A DNA stretch of 38,087 bases, taken from a virus. Taxonomy: Duplodnaviria > Caudoviricetes. A program made the position numbers and the translations under genes. The notes beneath the pieces are model-generated. The model did not search any database and was not told the origin of the DNA. It worked only from the letters and a program-made list of their open reading frames with translations. The DNA is taken from IMG/VR virus record IMGVR_UViG_3300049052_000004, positions 1-38,087 of that record, one strand, 5' to 3'. Position 1 is the first letter of the stretch; each line of letters begins with the position of its first letter. Positions 1 through 8,117 of this stretch are shown in pieces.

Positions 1-119
1 TGTAGGCGAACGTGACGTAGTCTTCCATCTTCTCCAGGCTCCGAGTGAAGATGGCTGCGACCGTGTACCGGCCATCGCTCATCATCTCGTAGTGCTCAGG
101 GAAGTGGGGAGTGCCTGCG
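1..119. repeat. Terminal direct overlap with 37969-38087 (circular assembly overlap)
   Basis: 1-119 matches 37969-38087 except A110 vs G38078; the portal reading frame continues across the join. Confidence 0.95.
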
Positions 120-448
120 GAGTCCACCACCACAGGACACTCCCCACGCGCGAGCAGCGGCACCAGGCAATTGCTGAAGCCGCTGAGCTTGGAGGGCACC
201 GGCACGAGGTTCTCCGCGTACAGGTCGATGACGCTCTTGTAGATGTTCTCACTGGTCTGCTGCTCGGCCAGATCAGGGAAGGCGTCCTCGACGTACTTCT
301 CCCAGGCCTTGCCGTGCAGAGCGTACGACATCTTGCCGGTGTAGTAGGCCGGGTGCTCGGGCTCCGAGCGACCGAGCAGGTGCAGCTCAACCGCTCGCAT
401 GTCGGTGTCTGTCTGTGTGGCCATGAGGGTAGGCTGAAGAGCGTCCAT
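1..448 (-). CDS. Portal protein, N-terminal part (continues at 37968..37064; 450 aa in total)
   Basis: ATG at 448, 1 nt after the terminase TAG; open frame MDALQPTLMATQTDTDMRAVELHLL...GTPHFPEHYEMMSDGR joins the 37064..38053 ORF; position directly after TerL. Confidence 0.85.
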   Translation of the reverse strand, partial: MDALQPTLMATQTDTDMRAVELHLLGRSEPEHPAYYTGKMSYALHGKAWEKYVEDAFPDLAEQQTSENIYKSVIDLYAENLVPVPSKLSGFSNCLVPLLARGECPVVVDSAGTPHFPEHYEMMSDGRYTVAAIFTRSLEKMEDYVTFAY

Positions 449-449
449 G

Positions 450-1850
450 CTAGGATCCCATCTTGAAGTAGTCTTGCTTGGCCATGTTGAGGGCCTGGGT
501 CATTGCGTCTACACGGTCGTCATGCTTGGCGAAGGGGAAGTCCCTCAGCTCGTTGAAGAAGTCCTCGGAGTACACGGTGTCGAGTACCTTGACCTGACCC
601 CCGTCCACGATGGGTTGGATGGCCAGCGCTCGGGCCTCCTTGCTGCCCATCGGGGTCACCGGCTTGATGAGGGCTGCTCGCTTACGGAGGCTGTCGAGCA
701 CGGCTGCCCCGTTAGCTGCCTTCTCGACGTAGATCCTGCTGGTCTGGGGCCACCGAGCAGAGAGCATCTGCACCTGGCTCAGGGTCTGCGTGAACGTGAA
801 CCGGCCATGCACCTGATCGATCAGGAACCACGTACCCCCGACGTTAGCCCACACCTGACCGGCCACATAGTCCCCAGTGGTGGTCTTGCGTCCGCTCTTG
901 GGGAGCGTGCCGAAGGTGAGGTCCCAACTCTGAATGACCAGTGCTCGGCTGAGGGTTTGCATGAAGCCGTGATCGTCGCGGAACACCACCTGGTCCCAAG
1001 GCACGACGTCGATGTTGGCGACGTTGATGTAGCTCCCCCCAGTGACCTGTGGGTCACCCTGGTAGAGTGCCTGCCAGACATACGTGCCGACAGCCCTCTT
1101 GATGAGGAGCCACGACTTCTCTGTCCGGTTCTGCACTGAGGGGAGCCATTCCCCGGCTGCTCGGCCCAATATGTCCGTAGACTCGTGTGTGGCCTGAGCG
1201 GGTATGTTGATGTACTCAGCAGCGAGCACATCGGGCTTAGTGACGTGGGCGATTAGATCGTCCTTGTGCCAGCGAGTTGCGATGACGATGATCTGGCTCA
1301 GAGCTGCCATACGCGTCATGACCACTGAGCTGAACCAGTCTACGGTCGTCTCGCGGATGATCTCACTCTGAGCCTCCTGCATGTCCTTGATGGGGTCGTC
1401 GATAACGGTGAGGTCCGAGCGGAAGCCCGTCATGGCCGAGCCTCGACCAGCAGCGAGCAGCCCACCACCCTCACGCGTCTCCCAGAGTTGGACGTTAGAG
1501 CTTCCTGACTTCAGAGGGGTCCAGGCCTCTACCAAGCCGCGGATCTGCCGGGAGACCGCGTTCGCACGTGCCTGGCTGTACGTTGCGTACACGACCTTCA
1601 GCCACGGGTTGCGGATAAGCTGCCAGGCGATGTAATGCACGATCCAGGTGGTCTTGCCTTCCTGTGGAGGCGTAGAGAAGGCCACACAGCCCAGACTTGT
1701 GTTGAGAGCGTCACTGTCAATGCTTGCGGTCAGGACCTCAGTGAGCGGGCTCGTGCGGATGCCGCTTGCCTTGCAGAAGAGCGTGAAGTCCTCGGACACC
1801 TGCTCGTAGTCGTATGAGGCTAGCTCGGCCTCTCGCTCGTCAAGAAGCAC
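450..1850 (-). CDS. terL: Terminase large subunit
   Basis: Walker A-like PPQEGKT, Walker B VIDDP, coupling motif ATRWH, RNase H-like nuclease SWD...DY...YVE...HDDRVDA; GTG at 1850 has GGAGG upstream (the ORF track starts at 1922). Confidence 0.93.
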   Translation of the reverse strand: MLLDEREAELASYDYEQVSEDFTLFCKASGIRTSPLTEVLTASIDSDALNTSLGCVAFSTPPQEGKTTWIVHYIAWQLIRNPWLKVVYATYSQARANAVSRQIRGLVEAWTPLKSGSSNVQLWETREGGGLLAAGRGSAMTGFRSDLTVIDDPIKDMQEAQSEIIRETTVDWFSSVVMTRMAALSQIIVIATRWHKDDLIAHVTKPDVLAAEYINIPAQATHESTDILGRAAGEWLPSVQNRTEKSWLLIKRAVGTYVWQALYQGDPQVTGGSYINVANIDVVPWDQVVFRDDHGFMQTLSRALVIQSWDLTFGTLPKSGRKTTTGDYVAGQVWANVGGTWFLIDQVHGRFTFTQTLSQVQMLSARWPQTSRIYVEKAANGAAVLDSLRKRAALIKPVTPMGSKEARALAIQPIVDGGQVKVLDTVYSEDFFNELRDFPFAKHDDRVDAMTQALNMAKQDYFKMGS

Positions 1851-2487
1851 GCTTGCTGACCTCCAGAGCGACTTCATCCACGCTGATGCCTGGGAACGCC
1901 TTAGCCAGTCGAGCTGCCTCACGAGCCGTCTGCATCCGGATACGCCGGACGTCTACCTCTTCAGTGCCTCCAGTGACCTCGTGGAGCAGCTTGAGAATCT
2001 GGACTAGCTCCATCTCGGCCTTGTGCAGCTCCTGGACCCACACGCTTGTCGACGCCTTACGGACACGAGTCTCCTGGCTACCAGTCTTGGACTGGACCAC
2101 ACCCTCAATGTCGTACTCGGTAACGGTGTGAGTATCTGTCAGCTGCCCGATGTGACGAGTGACAGGGTCGGTGCTGATCTTGATGCGGAGAGCCATTACG
2201 TCAGTCAGCTTGTTGCGTGCCAGCTTACGTAGTTCCTCTTCAACGCTGAGGCCGCTAGTGTCCGAGCTTATGCCCCAGAGCGTAGCGGCCTGTTGGCTGA
2301 CACTGGCACGCTTACTCACCCGGACACTAGCGGCAGTGCCTCCACCGTGGCTCTTGCAGACGGTCAAGCCTGGGACGGCTGGACGCTTGCACCGAGACCC
2401 GCTCGTAGTGAGAGCCTTGCAGACACGCCGACGGGACGACTCGCTGGAGTCGCCCGTCCTAGGAGGCGTAGGCTGCTGGGGAGGCAT
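1840..2487 (-). CDS. Probable terminase small subunit with HGGxSTG-like Cys/His motif
   Basis: CKALTTSGSRCKRPAVPGLTVCKSHGG motif; directly upstream of and overlapping TerL. Confidence 0.6.
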   Translation of the reverse strand: MPPQQPTPPRTGDSSESSRRRVCKALTTSGSRCKRPAVPGLTVCKSHGGGTAASVRVSKRASVSQQAATLWGISSDTSGLSVEEELRKLARNKLTDVMALRIKISTDPVTRHIGQLTDTHTVTEYDIEGVVQSKTGSQETRVRKASTSVWVQELHKAEMELVQILKLLHEVTGGTEEVDVRRIRMQTAREAARLAKAFPGISVDEVALEVSKRAS

Positions 2488-2493
2488 GGGCTA

Positions 2494-2523
2494 AGCATAC
2501 CTCACCCCCAGCAGCGCGCGCAA
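2494..2523 (-). promoter_or_regulatory. SigA-like promoter for the packaging/structural arm, probably leaderless
   Basis: TTGCGC-N18-TATGCT, then TAGCCC, then the ATG at 2487; no SD sequence. Confidence 0.65.
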
Positions 2524-2585
2524 GCGCTCAGACCTCCCCGGCGAGCCTCCCGCTCTACAGCACCTAGCCCTCGTACGGCCACACG

Positions 2586-2984
2586 TTAGCCGACGGAGTC
2601 TCGGCCTATCTGAATGCCCGCTCGGATGCCTGCTTGCACGAGCCCTTGGACCTGAGCCCACTGGTAGAAGTTCAGCGACAGGCCAACCCCGTGAACGTCG
2701 ATAACCTCCAGAGCAACCTCTTCCACGGCCTTCGCTTCGGGCTTGAGACCGACCTCAGCAGGCGGAGTCCAGATGTTGTCCAGCACGTCCTTGAGAGGCG
2801 TAGGCTCTCCCGGCTTGGCCTTAGCCTCGACCTCTGCCTGAGCCTGAAGCAGCTGCATGTCGAGCTTCTTGGCGAATGCCGTGCTCGCTCCCCCGATGAG
2901 GTCTTCCCGCATCTGGAGCTGAGCCGGAGTGAACGTGTACGACGGCTCCTGCTGGAGCTTGCGACGCTTCTTCTTGGCGTTCAT
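2586..2984 (-). CDS. Hypothetical protein (132 aa, MNAKKKRRKL...)
   Basis: TGATG coupling with the upstream ORF at 2984; phage-like codon usage. Confidence 0.7.
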   Translation of the reverse strand: MNAKKKRRKLQQEPSYTFTPAQLQMREDLIGGASTAFAKKLDMQLLQAQAEVEAKAKPGEPTPLKDVLDNIWTPPAEVGLKPEAKAVEEVALEVIDVHGVGLSLNFYQWAQVQGLVQAGIRAGIQIGRDSVG

Positions 2985-3118
2985 CAGATCAGCTCCAGCT
3001 CGAACACTCGGTACTCTCCGCAGCTTGCACACGGAAGGTGGACCCAAGCCGTGCCGTCGGCTCGGTAGTGGACGTCGTTGCTCCCGAAGTTTTCAGGAAG
3101 CTCGTGCTGACAGTCCAT
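2984..3118 (-). CDS. Small Cys/His protein (44 aa, MDCQHELP...CASCGEY), possible Zn finger
   Basis: TGATG overlaps at both ends; CxH...CxxC. Confidence 0.65.
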   Translation of the reverse strand: MDCQHELPENFGSNDVHYRADGTAWVHLPCASCGEYRVFELELI

Positions 3119-3324
3119 CAGGCGTGCCAGTAGTGGTTCGGGCTGAAGTGGTAGTACATCGTCGGGATGTACAGCACGATCCAACCGAACAGCAGGTGCT
3201 TGGTCAGCGAGTGACCCTTCTGCTGCCGCGTGTACACGGCTCGATCCTTGGCCTGCTTCTGAGGTACCGCCTGAGTCGAGCTGACCGGAGGGTACTGCTC
3301 GGGGTTCGGCTGTTGCTGGTTCAT
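3118..3324 (-). CDS. Small membrane protein (68 aa)
   Basis: AGAAGGAG SD; hydrophobic LLFGWIVLYIPTMYY segment. Confidence 0.75.
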   Translation of the reverse strand: MNQQQPNPEQYPPVSSTQAVPQKQAKDRAVYTRQQKGHSLTKHLLFGWIVLYIPTMYYHFSPNHYWHA

Positions 3325-3555
3325 GAGGGTGGACTCCTTCTGTGTTCTGAATGAGGGTGTGGGGCTGGCTGCTCATCCCGGCTCATCTGTCGGTCAGCCT
3401 CATCCGAAGAATCAACTTTTCCCCTGTCGATGTTACCGGAGCCACTTGGCTCAGCTAGAAGCTGTTACCAAACCAGCCCCACAGGGCAAGCTTAGCGCAC
3501 ACCTGCCCCGCACACAAGCACCTTCCCACAACCTAGACAGCGACTAGCAATCACA

Positions 3556-3666
3556 GGCCACACTCATCGGCCGGACTGCGTTGGCGTCTGCGAGCGAACG
3601 CGCCGAAGGCGTGGAGAGAGCGAGCTGACGTCACCCCTGAGCAGCGGCCAGCTGGATGAGTGGTGT
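3556..3666. other. Nested inverted repeats in the intergenic region between the divergent arms; candidate origin or priming signal
   Basis: CACTCATC/GATGAGTG, GGCCG/CGGCC, CTGC/GCAG, TGGCGTC/GACGTCA and an inner CGCGCC-GAA-GGCGTG hairpin. Confidence 0.4.
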
Positions 3667-3796
3667 TTGGTGGGAGCTGGCCCCTGGCTCTCAGCTAGCT
3701 CCTCCGGAGCGCTTCGAGTTAGAGGTATGTTTCTAATTCTAAGTAGCGCGAGCGCGCGTGCTTAAAGGTTAACCCTTAGGGACCGAGAATCCGAGC

Positions 3797-3825
3797 TTGC
3801 TTCTTGTGGCCCGGTACGGCATGCT
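3797..3825 (+). promoter_or_regulatory. SigA-like promoter, first of the early arm
   Basis: TTGCTT-N17-CATGCT; shares ATGCTTAGCCC with the divergent promoter at 2488-2498. Confidence 0.55.
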
Positions 3826-3862
3826 TAGCCCACTGACACTCGATGCCCCTGGGAGGCACAAC

Positions 3863-4174
3863 ATGAACACTGACCCGCGTGAACAGCTCGTCGAGATGGG
3901 GAACAAGCTTCTCGATCTCATCTACCGTCGAGCCGAGTGGGAGCGCAAGAACCTGGACCTCGTGAAGCTGATCGAGCGTAAGCAGCACGGCGACGACATT
4001 CCGGACGCAGAGCTGATCGAGATGACCTCTCGCCCTGGCCTGATAGAAGCCATCATGGAGGATCTCAATCTGGACGCTCAGTATTCGGCCACCCGGTCGC
4101 AGTACGTACTGCTCCGGAACACCATCGAGTCGCTCGACCGTCCGCGCGTCGACCTGCCGGACCTGGGGCTCTGA
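3863..4174 (+). CDS. Hypothetical protein (103 aa)
   Basis: GGGAGG SD before ATG 3863; first gene of the early operon. Confidence 0.75.
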   Translation: MNTDPREQLVEMGNKLLDLIYRRAEWERKNLDLVKLIERKQHGDDIPDAELIEMTSRPGLIEAIMEDLNLDAQYSATRSQYVLLRNTIESLDRPRVDLPDLGL

Positions 4175-4175
4175 G

Positions 4176-4484
4176 ATGTGCGGCTGCAAGCGCCACGCTC
4201 AGAAGGAAGCTCCGTGTGACTGCATCTGCCCCGAGCACCAGAACTTCGCTCTAGTCCGGAAGCTGCTACAGGATGAGTGGCGCAAGTCCACCAAGCTACA
4301 GACACTAGACACATTGGCTGCTGAAGCTGGTCGCAAGGCAGAGCTGGAGCATCAGTGGAACGCCACGACTCGTCTCTGTGCTTGTGGCGAGTTCTTCAAT
4401 GCCACCCTGGACGGCAATCATGCCCACGACAGGCACCGGCTCGTGATGGCGTACGCAGCTATCAAGGAGGCTCAACTCTCATGA
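4176..4484 (+). CDS. Hypothetical Cys/His-rich protein (102 aa)
   Basis: MCGCKRH...CDCICPEH and CACG...HDRH motifs; tightly packed in the operon. Confidence 0.7.
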   Translation: MCGCKRHAQKEAPCDCICPEHQNFALVRKLLQDEWRKSTKLQTLDTLAAEAGRKAELEHQWNATTRLCACGEFFNATLDGNHAHDRHRLVMAYAAIKEAQLS

Positions 4485-4705
4485 AGCTCTGGAACATCGC
4501 TACCACCCACGAGGACTGCATCAGTTGCGAGGAAGCGACTGACCTGGCTGTGGAGCTGGCCGAGCAGAACGCCACCGGAGAGGCAACCTACAGCATGATG
4601 CTCTTCCGGCCCCACGACGTGCCTGCTGCCACCACTCTCCCGGCCACACATGTCGCAGCTGTCAAGCGCGTGCCTCACGTTGCGACGGTGATGAAGAATG
4701 GCTAA
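4481..4705 (+). CDS. Hypothetical protein (74 aa, HEDCISC)
   Basis: ATGA overlap with the upstream stop; AAGGAGG SD. Confidence 0.7.
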   Translation: MKLWNIATTHEDCISCEEATDLAVELAEQNATGEATYSMMLFRPHDVPAATTLPATHVAAVKRVPHVATVMKNG

Positions 4706-4910
4706 GCTCAGCCAGACCGAGCTGAACCACATCAGCCGAGAGAAGCTGCAAGAGAAGCTCGCCGAGACGGTGCTGAAGCGTAGGTCCGCTCGCTCGCTGT
4801 TCGAGCAGAAGACTCGTGAGCTGAATGAAGCCCGTGAGCAGCTCGATGAGTTGTCCACAGAGGTACACCGTCTCGAGAAGCACTACAAGCTCATGGAAGG
4901 GATGCAGTGA
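4698..4910 (+). CDS. Hypothetical coiled-coil protein (70 aa)
   Basis: Heptad-like E/K/L pattern; overlapping operon arrangement. Confidence 0.7.
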   Translation: MAKLSQTELNHISREKLQEKLAETVLKRRSARSLFEQKTRELNEAREQLDELSTEVHRLEKHYKLMEGMQ

Positions 4911-5266
4911 ACGCTGACCGGAGACAAGTGGCCCTGGTCTGTATCGAGCTAATCGAGGAGTGTGGTGAGGTAGGAACCATGAGCGACCGTGCTCATGTGG
5001 CTCTAGTGGAAGCGGTCCAGCACCTTCAGAAGGCCGAGTACTGGCAGCTGAAGAACCAAGAGAGGCACGCGGGCAAGAACGCAGCTACCGACAAGCAGAT
5101 AGCTATCTGTCGGGCTGCTCTGCCAGCACTGGAGCAGGCCGTGGAAGCGCTCGGTTCTGAGAACTACTCTCGGGTGATCAAGCTGCTGAGCCTAGCAGCT
5201 ACTACCGACGGGGAGCAAAAACCCGTCAAGAAAACTCGGAAGAAAAGCTTGCGCGAACCTCGATAG
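4907..5266 (+). CDS. Hypothetical protein (119 aa)
   Basis: GTGA overlap with the upstream gene. Confidence 0.65.
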   Translation: MNADRRQVALVCIELIEECGEVGTMSDRAHVALVEAVQHLQKAEYWQLKNQERHAGKNAATDKQIAICRAALPALEQAVEALGSENYSRVIKLLSLAATTDGEQKPVKKTRKKSLREPR

Positions 5267-5277
5267 CGTGCAATAAT
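5249..5277 (+). promoter_or_regulatory. SigA-like promoter, leaderless for the ORF at 5284
   Basis: A-rich upstream tract; TTGCGC-N17-AATAAT; 6 nt to the ATG; no SD. Confidence 0.65.
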
Positions 5278-5283
5278 CTAGTT

Positions 5284-5523
5284 ATGAGCACACACCACGA
5301 AGTAGACGTCAAGGCCCTCTCGTTCAGCCCCAAGGTTATCGAGTGGGAGTTTATGCGGGTCCACGAGTGGATCATGGTCGAGGGCATCAAGTTCGTCTGG
5401 CGTGCCGATGTCGACGGTGGCTACTTCTCGGAGGACGGCACCGACGAGCTGTACCTCGAAGGCTCCGATCAGGTTCTCACGGACATCTGGTACGCTGAGA
5501 TCTGCCCGGTCAAGGGCCAGTAG
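5284..5523 (+). CDS. Hypothetical acidic protein (79 aa)
   Basis: ORF with strong codon bias and its own promoter. Confidence 0.7.
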   Translation: MSTHHEVDVKALSFSPKVIEWEFMRVHEWIMVEGIKFVWRADVDGGYFSEDGTDELYLEGSDQVLTDIWYAEICPVKGQ

Positions 5524-5533
5524 TGGGGTTCAG

Positions 5534-5580
5534 CAGGCTTCCAACTTGGATTTGCTTCTGAGTTGGAAGTCTGCTAAACT
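5534..5580 (+). promoter_or_regulatory. Hairpin plus SigA-like promoter
   Basis: 14-bp stem 5534-5547/5560-5573; TTGCTT(5552)-N17-TAAACT(5575) with extended TG. Confidence 0.7.
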
Positions 5581-5623
5581 TCTAACTATCAGCAGCACCC
5601 CCCTAACTTCCAAGGAGCACATC

Positions 5624-5860
5624 ATGAGCAACCTCAACACCGTCACCCAGCTCACGGCCAACATCGACAGCATCCGCGCACACGTCGAGAGCGTTCGCTC
5701 CGAGATGGGTGACGCGTGGGCTGCTGAGCAGCTGAGCTACCACGAGGGTCGCATCGTTGAGGCCATCGAAGAGTACATCAACACCTTCCCCACGGCTCCG
5801 GAGGCTCTCAAGAGCGGCATCCGGACCAACCTGCTGAAGCAGGCCAACATCACCCGCTGA
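5624..5860 (+). CDS. Hypothetical protein (78 aa, MSNLNTVTQL...)
   Basis: AAGGAG SD; strong codon bias; the ORF-track start at 5402 is an over-extension. Confidence 0.75.
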   Translation: MSNLNTVTQLTANIDSIRAHVESVRSEMGDAWAAEQLSYHEGRIVEAIEEYINTFPTAPEALKSGIRTNLLKQANITR

Positions 5861-5869
5861 GTAGCTCAT

Positions 5870-5910
5870 CGAGTCTTCCACTTGAGAATAGGTGGAAGGC
5901 TCGCTAAGCT
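5870..5910 (+). promoter_or_regulatory. Hairpin plus SigA-like promoter
   Basis: 14-bp stem 5870-5883/5890-5903; TTGAGA(5882)-N17-TAAGCT(5905). Confidence 0.65.
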
Positions 5911-5950
5911 TCTAAGTACCTAGAGCCACACCTACTGAACGGAGTCCACC

Positions 5951-6679
5951 GTGTCTGAAAAGAAGATCGACCTCATCGCCCAGCTGCTCGCTAAGGCTGA
6001 GAGCACGACGCCTGAAGAGGCTGAGGCTCTTACACAGCATGCAGAGCGCCTGATGGTCAAGTACATGATCGACCAGGCTACCGTCGACGCTCGCCGAGCC
6101 AAGGCAGGCCAGCAGCAGGAAGCCATTATCGAGCACCAGATAGAGTTCCGTGGCGTGTACCGTGGCGAAATGATCAACCTGGCTAGTCAGGTCGTCTACG
6201 GGCTCGGTTCTCTCCGTGGGATGCAGTACACCGGCTCGGGCAGCACGTTCGTGTTCTGGGTTGTGGGGTTTGAGTCTGATGTGGCCCAAGCGGTTACCCT
6301 CATCAACAGCCTTCAGATTCAGGCCACAGTCGCTGTGCGTGACTGGTGGAAGAAGTACTCGACCGCCTACAACATGCTTCCGCCCTACGACCAAGAGAAG
6401 CAGCGTCGCAGCTTCGTACACGGCTTCGGCACGGGTGCTGGTAGCCGGATCCGAGAGAGCCGCAAGGTCGTCATCAGCGAAGCTGCTGCTGGCACCGAGC
6501 TGGTTCTCGTGGACCGCTCGGCTCAGGTGCAGGCCTACATCGAAACCAAACGCACCCGTCGTGCTCGGGCTCGTACTGCCACTAGAGGCGGAGCAGCAGC
6601 AGGGTACGGGTACCAGGCTGGCAAGCAGTCCAACACCGGCGGAACCGGCATCGGTTCGGGACGCAAGGAGCTGAGCTGA
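5951..6679 (+). CDS. DUF2786-like domain protein
   Basis: N-terminal KIDLIAQLLAKAESTTPEEAEALTQHAERLMVKY pattern; C-terminal RRSF..GF and G..AG. Confidence 0.75.
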   Translation: MSEKKIDLIAQLLAKAESTTPEEAEALTQHAERLMVKYMIDQATVDARRAKAGQQQEAIIEHQIEFRGVYRGEMINLASQVVYGLGSLRGMQYTGSGSTFVFWVVGFESDVAQAVTLINSLQIQATVAVRDWWKKYSTAYNMLPPYDQEKQRRSFVHGFGTGAGSRIRESRKVVISEAAAGTELVLVDRSAQVQAYIETKRTRRARARTATRGGAAAGYGYQAGKQSNTGGTGIGSGRKELS

Positions 6680-6942
6680 TGGGTCTCCTCACCGACGCGT
6701 TCTACGCCAGCGACCGCTACATGCGTCCTTACATCTACGGGGGTGTAGTGCTCGCTGCTCCCTTCAAGATCAACGATGATGAGCTGTACCTCATGTCGAA
6801 CGAGGAAGCTGACGAGAAGTACGGCTGGCTCATGGATGCTCCGAACCTGGAACTGCTCTCGGACCCTATGACAGGGGGCCTCACGTACCGATCCATAACT
6901 CCGTGCATCACAACGCTTGCGGAAGTTGGAACACCGTGCTAA
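6679..6942 (+). CDS. Hypothetical protein (87 aa)
   Basis: TGATG coupling; AAGGAG SD. Confidence 0.65.
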   Translation: MGLLTDAFYASDRYMRPYIYGGVVLAAPFKINDDELYLMSNEEADEKYGWLMDAPNLELLSDPMTGGLTYRSITPCITTLAEVGTPC

Positions 6943-6945
6943 AGT
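6917..6945 (+). promoter_or_regulatory. SigA-like promoter (paralogous to 5552-5580)
   Basis: TTGCGG-N17-TAAAGT; shares AGTTGGAA, TGCTAAA.TTCTAACTA, AGCAGCACCCC and CCAAGGAGCAC with 5561-5620. Confidence 0.7.
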
Positions 6946-6986
6946 TCTAACTACGAGCAGCACCCCACCGAACCAAGGAGCACGAA

Positions 6987-7226
6987 ATGACCACTCTCAC
7001 CGGACCCCAGGCCCAGATGCTCAGCCGCGTTGAAGAAGCTGAGGCAGGCAGCATCCGTCTCGCTTACGACGGTTCCTGGCTTATCAACGGGATCAACGCC
7101 ACGGCAGGCGAGCAGCGGGTCATCAACTCTCTGTTGGAGAAGCGTGTCTGTAACATCGCTTCTGTCTTCATCAAGATCCACGGACGCAACGACCGTGTAA
7201 CGGTCCGCGCTCTGGTCATCCGCTGA
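6987..7226 (+). CDS. Hypothetical protein (79 aa)
   Basis: AAGGAG SD and its own promoter. Confidence 0.75.
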   Translation: MTTLTGPQAQMLSRVEEAEAGSIRLAYDGSWLINGINATAGEQRVINSLLEKRVCNIASVFIKIHGRNDRVTVRALVIR

Positions 7227-7233
7227 ACCCCGT

Positions 7234-7265
7234 GCCTCCCGAGCCTGTAGCGCTGCTCGGGAGGC
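7234..7265 (+). terminator. Putative terminator hairpin (no U-tract)
   Basis: Perfect 11-bp stem GCCTCCCGAGC/GCTCGGGAGGC just after the stop at 7226. Confidence 0.6.
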
Positions 7266-7272
7266 TGGCCCC

Positions 7273-7301
7273 TTGTAGGGGCTCCCCCCGTGCGCTACAC
7301 T
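7273..7301 (+). promoter_or_regulatory. SigA-like promoter of the base-modification operon
   Basis: TTGTAG-N17-TACACT; the -35 sits in a GCCCCT-TGT-AGGGGC mini-hairpin. Confidence 0.65.
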
Positions 7302-7352
7302 TAGTACAGCCGGGTTCCCCGCTCGGCTCTAGTCCACAAGGAGAACGCAACA

Positions 7353-8117
7353 ATGCTGACATATAACAACGACTCGATCGTCCTGGCTCTGTCCAAGGCT
7401 CCGATCGACACCCGCACAGGTAACCGAGTGCTGTACGGAGTCAGCTGGGTTGCTGACCAGGACAGCATGATTGGCCAGGTGAACGAGGACTGGGTCCGCC
7501 GAGAGCTGGCCTGGTTCCGCTCGGGTAGTGACAAGCTCTCTGACATGGAGCCTCCCGTCCCTCAGCTGTTCCAGGCGTGTGCAGGCACCGACGGCAAGGT
7601 GAACAGCGCCTACGGCCACATCCTGTTCGCTCCGCGTCTCTTCACGACGCCAGAGGGACAGGGTCGGTGGCTCAGCCTGTTCGACCGAGTCGTAGACACC
7701 TTCCTCGAAGAGGGTAAGGGCACGCGCCACGCGGTCGCCATCATCAGCGACCGTGACGTACACATGCTGGCCAAGCTCAACGGCCGGAACGACTTCATCT
7801 GCACGAATGCGCTCAACTTCATGATCGACGATGACAACCGGCTGCACATCGTGGCTCAGATGCGAAGCATGGATGCCGTGTTCGGCTACCGTGCTGACTA
7901 CTCCATGTGGGACTACCTCATGAACTACCTGCTCGGCTACCTGGAGCTGAACTACCCTGAGATCGAGCGTGGGAGCATTACGTTCCAGGTTGCCAACCTG
8001 CACGTCTACCCGCGCCACTTCAGGCTGCTGGAGCAGGAGGCCGAGCAGCGCCACGACAGACTCAACAGAGAGCTGCGGGAGATTGTGCGTGAGGCCAACC
8101 GAACGGACTTCTCATGA
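7353..8117 (+). CDS. dCMP hydroxymethylase (T4 gp42-like; thymidylate synthase superfamily)
   Basis: RELAWF, GKVNSAYG, DFICTN (catalytic Cys), MRSMDAVFGYRADY and LHVYPRHF parallel T4 gp42 RELEWY, GEINSNYG, DFMCTN, MRSNDVVFGFRNDY and LHVYSRHF (recalled); Asp at the position of E. coli ThyA Asn177. Confidence 0.85.
   Translation: MLTYNNDSIVLALSKAPIDTRTGNRVLYGVSWVADQDSMIGQVNEDWVRRELAWFRSGSDKLSDMEPPVPQLFQACAGTDGKVNSAYGHILFAPRLFTTPEGQGRWLSLFDRVVDTFLEEGKGTRHAVAIISDRDVHMLAKLNGRNDFICTNALNFMIDDDNRLHIVAQMRSMDAVFGYRADYSMWDYLMNYLLGYLELNYPEIERGSITFQVANLHVYPRHFRLLEQEAEQRHDRLNRELREIVREANRTDFS

Noticed and set aside
1-119. Biological direct terminal repeat
   Set aside because: It falls in the middle of the portal ORF, which is typical of an assembler overlap on a circularly permuted genome
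2984-3376. The 130-aa ORF as a single gene
   Set aside because: Better explained by a 68-aa gene with a strong SD followed by a TGATG-coupled 44-aa gene
7353-8117. Calling this gene thymidylate synthase (thyA) or dUMP hydroxymethylase
   Set aside because: It has Asp rather than Asn at the pyrimidine-specificity position, and its motifs match T4 gp42
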